The translations under genes and the position numbers were made by a program. 64,000 nucleotides of DNA from Acidobacteriota bacterium. GTDB taxonomy: Bacteria > Acidobacteriota > Vicinamibacteria > Vicinamibacterales > UBA2999. Each line of letters opens with the position of its first letter. The stretch's first letter is position 1. The DNA lies in contig JACPTI010000065.1 in NCBI GenBank assembly GCA_016192845.1, positions 538-64,537 of the forward strand, in the 5' to 3' direction. This document shows positions 48,943 through 59,096 of this stretch, one piece after another. Under the pieces are notes generated by a model, which was not told where the DNA came from, made no database searches, and saw nothing but the letters and a program-made list of their open reading frames with translations.

Positions 48943-49379
48943 AGTGCGGCGGGCGGCTTCGCGCCGGGCGGCGGCACGAGCAGGTCTTCTTTGTCCCAGA
49001 TGAAGTCGTCCTTGCTGTAGACCGCGAGCTCGTAGTCTTTGCCCATGAAGATCGCCGACACGGGGCAGGCTTCCTCGCAGTAGCCGCAGAAGATGCAGCG
49101 CGTCTTGTGAATCTGATAGACCTTCGCGTAGCGCGGCCCGGCGAGCATGGTGCCGTCGTTCTCCGCCGCTTCGAGGTAGATCGCGTCCGCCGGGCACGCC
49201 ACCGAGCAGAGCCCGCACGCGACGCACTTCTCCAGCCCGTTCTCGTCGCGCATCAGCACCTGCTTGCCGCGGTACTTCGGGAACATCGGCACCTTCTCGT
49301 CCGGGTAGTTCACGGCCACCTTCTTCCTGAACATGTGCCGGAACGTGGTCGCGAGCCCGACGAGAAACGGTCGAATCAT
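48927..49379 (-). CDS. nuoI: NADH-quinone oxidoreductase subunit I (2x[4Fe-4S] ferredoxin-type), isolated from other nuo genes
   Basis: CVACGLCSVACP and CIFCGYCEEACP clusters. The N-terminus FRHMFRKKVAVNYPDEK is typical of NuoI. Confidence 0.85.
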   Translation of the reverse strand: MIRPFLVGLATTFRHMFRKKVAVNYPDEKVPMFPKYRGKQVLMRDENGLEKCVACGLCSVACPADAIYLEAAENDGTMLAGPRYAKVYQIHKTRCIFCGYCEEACPVSAIFMGKDYELAVYSKDDFIWDKEDLLVPPPGAKPPAALQNAM

Positions 49380-49392
49380 AGGGCGATCATAC

Positions 49393-49540
49393 TAGCCGGT
49401 AGGTGGTAGCCGGTAGCCGGTAGGTGGTAGCCGGTAGGTGGTAGCCGGCAGCCGAACCAGGAACCGCTACCGGCTACCGGCTACCACCTACCGGCTACCG
49501 GCTACCACCTACCGGCTACCGGCTACCGGCTAGCGGCTAC
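49393..49540. repeat. long heptamer-word inverted repeat, family E (GGTAGCC/GGTAGGT vs GGCTACC/ACCTACC), filling the nuoI/lytS divergent gap
   Basis: Left arm 49393-49453 (9 consecutive 7-nt units), spacer GAACCAGGAACCG, right arm 49467-49540 (10 complementary 7-nt units plus a 4-nt partial unit), ending 1 nt before ATG 49542. Confidence 0.85.
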
Positions 49541-49541
49541 A

Positions 49542-50873
49542 ATGGCTGACGTGCTCGAGGAGCCAACAGCTCTCCCGGCCGACCAGTTCCTGCTGACCAC
49601 CCTCATCGTCAAGCTGGCCGTCATGGCCGTGCTGGCGACGATGCTCGCGCGGTTTCGGCAGTTCCGGCACATCCTGATCTTCGAGCGCCGCGGCTGGGGC
49701 GACCGCCTCGTGTTCGCGCTCGCGATCGGCGTGCCGCTGATGGCGGGGGTCGGCGCGCGGCTGCTGCTCAACTACAACGCTGCGGACCTCACGCTCGAAG
49801 GCGCGTTCCTGGCCGGCCTGATTGCGGGTCCGTACGCCGGCGCCACCGTCGGGCTGCTGGTCGCGCTGCCGGCGCTGGCGGCCGGGGAGTTCATCGCGCT
49901 GCCGTTCGCGATTGGATGCGGCTTCGCCGGCGGCGGCCTGCGCGAGGTGTGCCCGAAAGAGGCGATCTGGCAGTTCACGCCGTTCGTCTTCGTCGATCTC
50001 CGCCGGCACGTGTGGCACGCCGTCCGCCGGCTCGAGCCGAACTGGCAGCTCGTGCTGCTGGCGGCGCCGGTGGCGCTCGAGCTGCTCCGCCAGACGCTCG
50101 GCCTTCGCTTCGGCGCGCACCGGCTGTTCTACCTCGACCCGGTATCGCCCTGGATGACCGCGCTCGTCGTGCTGGCGACCGTGCTGGCCGTGGCCACGCC
50201 CATCAAGATCTGGAACAGCGCGCGGATCGAGCACCGGCTGCAGGAGCAGGAGAAGCTCCTGATGGCGGCGAAGATCGAAGCGCTCAAGAGCCAGATCAAT
50301 CCCCACTTCCTCTTCAACACGCTGGCGTCCATCTCGTCGCTCATCCGCTCGCAGCCCGAGACCGCGCGTACGCTCATCATCAGGCTCTCGGGGCTGCTGC
50401 GGCGCCTGATCCGCAGCCACCAGCACTTCGTCACGCTGCGCGAGGAGCTCGACGCGATCGACGAGTATCTCGATATCGAAGCGGTCCGGTTCGGGTCGAA
50501 GCTGCAGGTGCGCAAGGAGATCAGCCCCGATACGATGGACGTCATCGTCCCGAGCATGATCCTGCAGCCGCTCGTCGAAAATTCGATCAAGCACGGGCTG
50601 ACCCGCAAGGTGGGCGACGGATCGATCGTCATCCGCAGCTGGCGCGAGCACCGGCGGGCGGTCATCGAGGTCGAAGACGACGGCGTCGGGTTCCGGGTGG
50701 ACCGCCTCGACGAGCGCATGACCGACGGCATCGGCCTGGCCAACGTGCGCGAGCGGCTGCACGTCATCTACGGCGCCGCCTGCCGGCTCACGCTCGACAG
50801 CGAGCCGGGCGTCGGCACCCGCGCCCGCATCGAGATTCCGGAGCTCCTCGCGGCGGAACAGATCACGGCATGA
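49542..50873 (+). CDS. LytS/YehU-type sensor histidine kinase (5TM-LYT + His_kinase + HATPase)
   Basis: QINPHFLFNTLASISSLI H-box region, N-terminal multi-TM sensor, C-terminal GIGLANVRERL ATPase motif. Confidence 0.85.
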   Translation: MADVLEEPTALPADQFLLTTLIVKLAVMAVLATMLARFRQFRHILIFERRGWGDRLVFALAIGVPLMAGVGARLLLNYNAADLTLEGAFLAGLIAGPYAGATVGLLVALPALAAGEFIALPFAIGCGFAGGGLREVCPKEAIWQFTPFVFVDLRRHVWHAVRRLEPNWQLVLLAAPVALELLRQTLGLRFGAHRLFYLDPVSPWMTALVVLATVLAVATPIKIWNSARIEHRLQEQEKLLMAAKIEALKSQINPHFLFNTLASISSLIRSQPETARTLIIRLSGLLRRLIRSHQHFVTLREELDAIDEYLDIEAVRFGSKLQVRKEISPDTMDVIVPSMILQPLVENSIKHGLTRKVGDGSIVIRSWREHRRAVIEVEDDGVGFRVDRLDERMTDGIGLANVRERLHVIYGAACRLTLDSEPGVGTRARIEIPELLAAEQITA

Positions 50874-51652
50874 GCGACCCGCTGCGCGTGATGGTCGTCG
50901 ACGACGAGCAGCTCGCACGTGACGAGCTGTGCTACCAGCTCGAGCGGCTCGGCGACGTGCAGGTGGTGGCGCAGGCGGGCAACGGCTTCGAGGCGCTGAC
51001 GGCTGCCGAACGCTACGATCCGGATCTCGTGTTCCTCGACATCCAGATGCCGGGGTTGAGCGGCTTCGAGGTGGCGCGGCGGCTGCTCGAGCGCGAACGC
51101 GAGACGCCGGCGCTCGTGTTCGTCACCGCCTTCGACCAGTACGCCATCGAGGCGTTCGAGGTGAACGCGGTCGACTACCTGCTCAAGCCGGTGGACGTCG
51201 GACGCCTGGAACAGGCGCTGGCGCGCGCCCGGCGGCGGTTGAGCTTGGAGCGGCCGGCGCCCCTGAACGACCAGCTGGAACGCATCGTCAAGATGATGGC
51301 GAACCGCCAGGTCCGGCGCGACCAGGTCGCCATCAAGGTCGGGGAACGGTTTCTGCTGGTACGGGCCGACGAGATCATCTATGCCTCCCTGGCCGACGAG
51401 TCGATTAACATAGTGACAGGGCAGGTGTCGGGGACGTCCAATTACAGGACACTGGACGAACTGCAGGCGCGCCTCGACCCGGAGGTGTTCTGGCGCGTCC
51501 ACCGCTCGCACCTGGTCAACATCAACAAGATCAAGGAGATAGTCCCTTGGTTCAGCAGGAACTACATCCTTCGGATGAAGGACGCGAAGGGAACGGAGAT
51601 ACCGGTCAGCCGGGCGCAGACCAAACGGCTCCGGGAGTACCTGAAGCTCTGA
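50870..51652 (+). CDS. LytTR-family response regulator
   Basis: VMVVDDEQLARDEL...DLVFLDIQMPGLSG receiver domain plus C-terminal LytTR domain (FWRVHRSHLVNINKI). ATGA overlap with the kinase stop. Confidence 0.9.
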   Translation: MSDPLRVMVVDDEQLARDELCYQLERLGDVQVVAQAGNGFEALTAAERYDPDLVFLDIQMPGLSGFEVARRLLERERETPALVFVTAFDQYAIEAFEVNAVDYLLKPVDVGRLEQALARARRRLSLERPAPLNDQLERIVKMMANRQVRRDQVAIKVGERFLLVRADEIIYASLADESINIVTGQVSGTSNYRTLDELQARLDPEVFWRVHRSHLVNINKIKEIVPWFSRNYILRMKDAKGTEIPVSRAQTKRLREYLKL

Positions 51653-51717
51653 CGCTTGCCGAGCCCCCCGGGGAACCGGTGCTCGTGGCGGCCGCCGAGA
51701 CGGGGTTCACCCCCGAC

Positions 51718-52281
51718 ATGCGGCTCACGATCGACGACCGCCGGGCGGCCATCATCCGCCGCCTGACCCTCCTCAAGGACGAGGCGGTCGCCTGGGTCAA
51801 GACGCTCGCCTCGGCCGCGGTCTACGCCACGCTCATCGTGACGTTCGGATTCCAGGTGGCGCGCGTCGAAGGCCAGAGCATGGCGCCGACGCTGGCCGAT
51901 CAGGACCGCCTCATCGTCAACAAGCTGGCCTACCGGATGGGCGAACCGCGGCGCGGCGATATCGTCATGCTTTATTACCCGCTGAACCCGGACAAGTCGT
52001 TCGTCAAGCGGGTCATCGCCGAGGAAGGCGACCAGGTGCGCATCGTCGACGGCCGCGTGTTCGTCAACGACGTGCCGATGCAGGACGACTTCGTGCCGCC
52101 CGAGTACCGCAGCCACGACGACTTCGGCCCGTCGGTGATTCCCGAGGGGTACTACTTCGTCATGGGGGATCACCGGAACAACAGCTCCGACAGCCGGCAC
52201 TGGGGGTTCGTGCCGAAGAAGTACATCATTGGGAAGGTCCAGCTGCGCTGGTGGCCGATCCCGAACGCGCATTTCTTCTGA
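51718..52281 (+). CDS. lepB: signal peptidase I
   Basis: VEGQSMAPTL (Ser), KRVIAEEGD (Lys), VMGDHRNNSSDSRHWGFVP boxes. ATG 51718; GTG 51679 is an alternative start. Confidence 0.85.
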   Translation: MRLTIDDRRAAIIRRLTLLKDEAVAWVKTLASAAVYATLIVTFGFQVARVEGQSMAPTLADQDRLIVNKLAYRMGEPRRGDIVMLYYPLNPDKSFVKRVIAEEGDQVRIVDGRVFVNDVPMQDDFVPPEYRSHDDFGPSVIPEGYYFVMGDHRNNSSDSRHWGFVPKKYIIGKVQLRWWPIPNAHFF

Positions 52282-53174
52282 CAGATCGATACACCCAGGT
52301 CGTCCGGGTCCTCTACCGCGTCCTCGTCTTCAACCTCGCGGTCGCCGGCGTCAAGATCGTCCTCGGGTACCTGACGGGGGCGGTCTCGATTCTTTCCGAA
52401 GGATTCCACTCGCTGACCGATTCCGCCTCGAACGTGGTGGCGCTGGTCGGCGTGTCGATCGCGCGGCGCCCGCCCGACGAGGAGCATCCCTACGGCCATC
52501 GCAAGTACGAGACGATGGCCTCGCTCGGCATTCTCGTGTTTCTGGTCGTCGTGCTCGTGCAGGTGCTGGCGGCCGCGTACGACCGCCTCGTTTCTGGCAC
52601 GGTGCCGCGTGTGTTTCCCGAAGGGATCGGCGTCATGGCCGTGACGCTGGTCGTGAACGTGCTGGTCGTCGTCTACGAGATGCGCGCGGCGCGGCAGCTC
52701 AACAGCGAGGTGCTGCAGGCGGACGCGATGCACACTCGCAGCGACGTGCTGACGTCGGCCACCGTGCTCGCCGCCCTGTTCGGCGTCTGGTGGGGCTACG
52801 CGTGGCTCGATCCGCTCGCGGCGCTCGTCGTGGCGGTGTTCATCGGCCGCGCCGGATGGTACATCGCCCATGAGGCGTCGCGCATCCTGAGCGATCAGAC
52901 TGTCATCGCCGAAGACGACGTGCGGGCCGTCGTGCGGTCCGTGCCGGAGGTCCTCGGCTGCCACCGCATCAGGACGCGCGGCTCGGCCGACCATGTCTTC
53001 ATGGACCTGCACGTCTGGCTCGACGGCCGCACGCCGCTCGAGGCGGCGCACAGCACCTCACACGCAGTGAAGGACCGGCTGATGAAGCGGTTCCCGCATC
53101 TCGCCGACGTCGTCATCCATATCGAACCGCCGCCTTCGACAACTCCCAACTCCCAAGACGCCAACTCCCAATAA
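52251..53174 (+). CDS. cation diffusion facilitator (CDF) family transporter
   Basis: SILSEGFHSLTDSASN, HPYGHRKYE, and six TM helices. The C-terminal STTPNSQDANSQ is repeat-encoded. Start uncertain (GTG 52251 overlaps lepB). Confidence 0.8.
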   Translation: MADPERAFLLTDRYTQVVRVLYRVLVFNLAVAGVKIVLGYLTGAVSILSEGFHSLTDSASNVVALVGVSIARRPPDEEHPYGHRKYETMASLGILVFLVVVLVQVLAAAYDRLVSGTVPRVFPEGIGVMAVTLVVNVLVVVYEMRAARQLNSEVLQADAMHTRSDVLTSATVLAALFGVWWGYAWLDPLAALVVAVFIGRAGWYIAHEASRILSDQTVIAEDDVRAVVRSVPEVLGCHRIRTRGSADHVFMDLHVWLDGRTPLEAAHSTSHAVKDRLMKRFPHLADVVIHIEPPPSTTPNSQDANSQ

Positions 53175-53277
53175 CCCTTTCACCTCCCAACTCCCAAGAC
53201 GACACCTCCAAGACGGCGCGCAGCTCAGCCGACGAGTTGGGAGTTTGGGATTTGGGAGTTGCGGAGTTGGGAGTTGG
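53140..53277. repeat. heptamer-word inverted repeat, family B (CAACTCCCAA / TTGGGAGTTG)
   Basis: Left arm 53140-53213 encodes the CDF C-terminus and stop. Right arm 53234-53277. Shares a nearly identical stretch of about 33 nt with 10137-10170. Confidence 0.8.
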
Positions 53278-53477
53278 TCCCCCGCTTGCTCCATGTGCAG
53301 TGCTATGGCACGCCCTGACCTCGTCCACGGTGAATCGATCGGGAGCCTGCTGCAGGGGGTTCTGGCGGATCTACGGATGCTCGTCCGCGAGGAGATCGCG
53401 CTGGCCCGCGTCGAAATTCGCGAGCAGGCGGGCCGCGCACGGGCGGCCGCCGTGAAGGACCCGAACATAGGCGCGCG

Positions 53478-53483
53478 TATAAT
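53478..53483 (+). promoter_or_regulatory. perfect TATAAT 10 nt upstream of GTG 53494 (leaderless-type arrangement)
   Basis: CGCGCG-TATAAT-CGCGCG palindromic context. No convincing -35. Confidence 0.3.
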
Positions 53484-53493
53484 CGCGCGTGTT

Positions 53494-54720
53494 GTGGGCC
53501 GTCGACTCGCCCTCTCGCTGCTCCTCGCGCTGATTGGCTTCGCGGTTCACGCAGAAGACTGGCCCGAGTTCCGCGGCCCCACGGGCCAGGGACACTCGAG
53601 CGAGCGCGGTCTGCCGCTGGAATGGAGCGAGTCGCGGAACCTGATGTGGAAGACACCGGTCCCGGGTCTCGGCTGGTCGTCTCCAGTCGTCGCAGGCGGC
53701 CGTGTCTGGCTCACATCGGCGGTCCGGGAACGCGACAGCGCGTCGCTTCGCGCGCTGGCCTACGATATCGACACCGGACACGAGGCGGTGAACGTCGAGG
53801 TCTTCCGCATCAGAAATGCGGTCCTCCTGAACGCCAAGAACAGTCACGCCTCGCCGACGCCCATCATCGACGGCGACCGTGTGTACCTGCACTTCGGCGC
53901 CGACGGCACGGCGGCGCTCACGACCGGGGGCGAAATCGTCTGGAAGGCGCGTTTCCCCTATGTGTCGCAGCACGGCAGCGGGGGATCTCCCGTGGTGTAC
54001 GACGACCTGTTGATTTTCAACTGCGACGGCTGGGATGCGGCGTTCGTCATCGCGCTGGACACGCGGACCGGGAAGGTTCGCTGGAAAACGCCGCGCCGCT
54101 ACCCCGCGGACCAGGCGTACTCGACCCCGCTTGTCATTCGCGTCGGCGATCGGGACCAGGTCATCAGCGTCGGCGCGTATCGCGCGGCCGCGTACGATCC
54201 GCGGTCGGGCAGAGAGATCTGGCGGGTCGGCTACCGCGACGGCTTCTCCAACGTCCCGCGTCCGGTCTTTGGTCACGGGCTTGTCTACATCGCCACCGGG
54301 TTCCAGCAACCATCCCTGATTGCGGTGCGCGCCGACGGCACAGGCGACGTCACCAGGACGCACGTGGCCTGGACGCAGCAGCGGGCAGTGCCGCTGACGC
54401 CCTCACCGCTGCTTGTGGACGATGTGCTCTACACTGTCAGCGACATCGGCATCGCAGCCGCTCTGGACGCGAAGACGGGAGCGGCGCACTGGCTCCAGCG
54501 GCTCGGCGGAAATTACTCCGCGTCGCCGGTGTTCGCCGACGGGCGCATCTATTTTCTAAGCGAAGAAGGTATGACGACCGTGATCGTGCCGGGCCCAGAG
54601 TTTCGCGTCCTGGCAAGAAACCAGCTCGACGGGACGACCCTCGCTTCGATGGCGGTTTCGGGCGGGTCGATCTTCATTCGCTCCGATCGCCACCTGTACC
54701 GGATCGGCACGCCGAAGTAA
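53494..54720 (+). CDS. secreted PQQ-like (BamB-like) beta-propeller repeat protein
   Basis: ORF 53245..54720 trimmed to GTG 53494, giving the signal MGRRLALSLLLALIGFAVHA before EDWPEFRGP. Colinear paralog of 6008..7324. Confidence 0.8.
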   Translation: MGRRLALSLLLALIGFAVHAEDWPEFRGPTGQGHSSERGLPLEWSESRNLMWKTPVPGLGWSSPVVAGGRVWLTSAVRERDSASLRALAYDIDTGHEAVNVEVFRIRNAVLLNAKNSHASPTPIIDGDRVYLHFGADGTAALTTGGEIVWKARFPYVSQHGSGGSPVVYDDLLIFNCDGWDAAFVIALDTRTGKVRWKTPRRYPADQAYSTPLVIRVGDRDQVISVGAYRAAAYDPRSGREIWRVGYRDGFSNVPRPVFGHGLVYIATGFQQPSLIAVRADGTGDVTRTHVAWTQQRAVPLTPSPLLVDDVLYTVSDIGIAAALDAKTGAAHWLQRLGGNYSASPVFADGRIYFLSEEGMTTVIVPGPEFRVLARNQLDGTTLASMAVSGGSIFIRSDRHLYRIGTPK

Positions 54721-54766
54721 TCGACGTCTACCGACGTTTCGAACGATCCGAACGCCGATAGACGCC
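54721..54766. repeat. family D word hairpin overlapping the moaC 3' end
   Basis: TCGACGTCTACCGACGTTTCGAACGATCCGAACGCCGATAGACGCC, translated on the minus strand as ...[12 protein letters not shown]-stop. Confidence 0.65.
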
Positions 54767-55249
54767 GGAACGTCCGCCCCGCTTCTCGACCAGGCAGATG
54801 TCGCCAATGACCATTTCCTTGTCGACGGCCTTGACCATGTCGTAGACGGTCAAGGCCGCCACCGCCACGGCGACGAGCGCCTCCATCTCGACGCCGGTCT
54901 GCGCGCTCGTGCGCGCCCGCGCCACGATCCGGTAGCCGCGTCTGGTGGGCGTCAGCTCCACGCCCACGTGCGTGAGCGGAAGCGGATGACACAGTGGAAT
55001 GATTGCCGCCGTCTGCTTGGCCGCCATGATGCCGGCCAGCCGGGCCGCTTGCAGCGGATCGCCCTTGGCGACCGCGCCGCGGCGAATGAGGCGCAGGGCA
55101 GCAGGCGCCAACGTGATCTCGCCGCGCGCCACCGCCTCGCGGTTTGTCACGGGCTTATCGCCGACGTCGACCATCCGAACACGCCCGCGGGGATCAACGT
55201 GCGAAAGTGCGATGGTGCGATGGTGCGACGGTGCGCGCCGCTTACCCAC
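54728..55249 (-). CDS. moaC: cyclic pyranopterin monophosphate synthase MoaC
   Basis: [15 protein letters not shown]...[12 protein letters not shown]...[24 protein letters not shown] start 55249. N-terminal [12 protein letters not shown] is repeat-encoded. Confidence 0.85.
   Translation of the reverse strand: MGKRRAPSHHRTIALSHVDPRGRVRMVDVGDKPVTNREAVARGEITLAPAALRLIRRGAVAKGDPLQAARLAGIMAAKQTAAIIPLCHPLPLTHVGVELTPTRRGYRIVARARTSAQTGVEMEALVAVAVAALTVYDMVKAVDKEMVIGDICLVEKRGGRSGVYRRSDRSKRR
55199..55237. repeat. family C word array (GTGCGATGGTGCGA) inside the moaC 5' end
   Basis: GTGCGAAAGTGCGATGGTGCGATGGTGCGACGGTGCGCG. Confidence 0.7.
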
Positions 55250-55928
55250 CGGCCTCGTCTCCCTGTGCGAGATAGAACGACAGGCTTTCGAGCGAGACGG
55301 TCAGATCGACGCTCTTCAGCTTCACCTCCGGCGGCACCTTCAGCGCGCCCGGTGAAAAGTTCAGGATGGCCTTGATGCCCGCCTCGACGACCTGGTCGAC
55401 GACGGGCTGCGCGTGCGGCGCGGGGACGGCAATCACGGCGATATCGTAACGTTCGCGCCGTGCCATCCGCTTCAGATCGCGGACGTCGTAAATCGGGACG
55501 CCGCAGCGCGACTCGTGCCCGATCTTCTCGTTGGCGGTGTCGAAGAGCGCCGCGATGTCGAACCCTTCCTGCCGGAACCCGGGGTAGTCCGCCAGCGCGA
55601 GGCCGAGATTGCCCGCTCCCATAATGACCACACGCAGCCGCCGGTCGAGGCCGAGGATCTGCCGCAGGTGCCGCCGCAGCTCCTTGACGTAATAGCCGAC
55701 GCCGCGCACGCCGAATTCGCCGAAGTACGCGAGATCCTTGCGGATCTGCGCTGCGTTGAGACGAAACTGCTCGGCCAGCGCCTGCGACGAGATCGTCTGG
55801 ACGCCGGCCGCATCGAGTTCGTTGAGGCACCGAAGGTAGACCGACAAACGGTTGGTGGTGAGCTCGGAGACCTGTTCGGGGATCTGCCTGCGCTTGTTCG
55901 GACGATTCACAAGCTCCAATGCTACCAT
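55242..55928 (-). CDS. rex: redox-sensing transcriptional repressor Rex
   Basis: [20 protein letters not shown] winged helix, [23 protein letters not shown] Rossmann motif. ATG 55928 or GTG 55910. Confidence 0.85.
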   Translation of the reverse strand: MVALELVNRPNKRRQIPEQVSELTTNRLSVYLRCLNELDAAGVQTISSQALAEQFRLNAAQIRKDLAYFGEFGVRGVGYYVKELRRHLRQILGLDRRLRVVIMGAGNLGLALADYPGFRQEGFDIAALFDTANEKIGHESRCGVPIYDVRDLKRMARRERYDIAVIAVPAPHAQPVVDQVVEAGIKAILNFSPGALKVPPEVKLKSVDLTVSLESLSFYLAQGDEAGG

Positions 55929-55936
55929 CTCGCGCC

Positions 55937-57919
<1,983 letters not shown>

Positions 57920-57923
57920 GCTT

Positions 57924-59033
57924 GTGAGGCCTCCTCGCGCGCTGGCGGCGGCCGTCCTGGTACTCGTCGCGAGCGGCGATGCTCTGACGCAGGGCCCCGT
58001 CCGTCGGGTGACGACGGTGGCGGCGTTCCGCGAGTACCCCAGCTACTTTCACCTGCAGAACGTGCTGGTGCATGGCGAGTTCATCGAAAGCGGCACGCAG
58101 ATCGTGCTGCGCGGCGGAGAGCGCGACGTTCCGGTCGTGCTGAACGACGCGACCGCCACTCCGGGTCTGGTGGAAGTGCGCGGTCAGCTGATCGACGTCG
58201 GCCGGCTCGAGCCGGGCGATGCGCGCCTTGCCGGCTATCCCCCCGCGCGGGAGTTCGATCCGTGGCCGCGGCCCGGCGAGGAGCTGGGGCTGCACGTGAC
58301 GAACGTCACTGCCGCGCAGCTCGCGACGTCGCCGTCGGTGCGCGCGCTGGCGCTGCAGCCGTGGCGATTCGAGGGACAGAAAGTCACGATCGTCGGACAG
58401 TTCCGGGGGCGCAATCTCTTCGGCGACCTGCCGAGCGCGCCCGCGAAGAGCCGCTACGACTTCGTGCTGCGATCGGCGGACGCGGCCGTCTGGGTGACGG
58501 AGCTGCGGCCGCGCGGGCGCGACTTCGAGCTGTCGGTCGATGCCCGCGTCGACACCGGGCGATGGCTGCAGGTGAGCGGCACGGTGTCGCTCGAGCGCGG
58601 GCTGGTCACGGTGACGGGGACAGCCCTCGCGGCGACGGAGGCACCCGAGGCGCCGCAGGTGGAAGAGGAGGCGCCGCCGCCGGCGCCGCCCGCCGAGCCC
58701 GGAGAGATCGTCTTCAGCTCGCCGACCGAAGGCGAGGTCGACGTGCCCGCTGTCAGCCGCGTCCGCGTGCAGTTTTCGCGCGGGATCAATCCGGCGTCGC
58801 TGACCGACCGCGTCCGGGTGGCCTACGTCGGCGCCGCCCCGGGCGGCGACGGCCTGCCACCGCCGCGATTCACCTTTGCGTACGACGCGGCGACGCGCGC
58901 GCTCGAGATCCGCTTCGCCACCCCGCTGGAGGCGTTCCGCACCGTCCACGTCGAGCTGCTCGACGGCATCCGGACGTTTGACGGCGCGCCCGTTCGCCCC
59001 TGGACGCTGACGTTCTCGGTCGCCGGCAACTGA
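57924..59033 (+). CDS. secreted protein with C-terminal SbsA-type Ig-like domain, function unknown
   Basis: Signal MRPPRALAAAVLVLVASGDA, a Pro/Glu/Ala linker, then FSSPTEGEVDVP...VRVQFSRGINPASL, typical of Big-like domains. Confidence 0.65.
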   Translation: MRPPRALAAAVLVLVASGDALTQGPVRRVTTVAAFREYPSYFHLQNVLVHGEFIESGTQIVLRGGERDVPVVLNDATATPGLVEVRGQLIDVGRLEPGDARLAGYPPAREFDPWPRPGEELGLHVTNVTAAQLATSPSVRALALQPWRFEGQKVTIVGQFRGRNLFGDLPSAPAKSRYDFVLRSADAAVWVTELRPRGRDFELSVDARVDTGRWLQVSGTVSLERGLVTVTGTALAATEAPEAPQVEEEAPPPAPPAEPGEIVFSSPTEGEVDVPAVSRVRVQFSRGINPASLTDRVRVAYVGAAPGGDGLPPPRFTFAYDAATRALEIRFATPLEAFRTVHVELLDGIRTFDGAPVRPWTLTFSVAGN

Positions 59034-59044
59034 ATTCAGCCAGA

Positions 59045-59096
59045 CCTACGTAGCTTCCGGCTTTAGCCGGATCCAGTGTCCCGGCTTCAGCCGGAC
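59045..59096. repeat. two family G REP-like palindromes
   Basis: ACGTAGC-TTCCGGCTTTAGCCGGAT in reverse orientation, and GTCCCGGCTTCAGCCGGAC. The second contains the plsC stop at 59087-59089. Confidence 0.7.

Noticed and set aside
49393-49540. Possible CRISPR array (regular short repeats).
   Set aside because: The period is 7 nt with no unique spacers. The second half is the reverse complement of the first, and there are no cas genes in the window.
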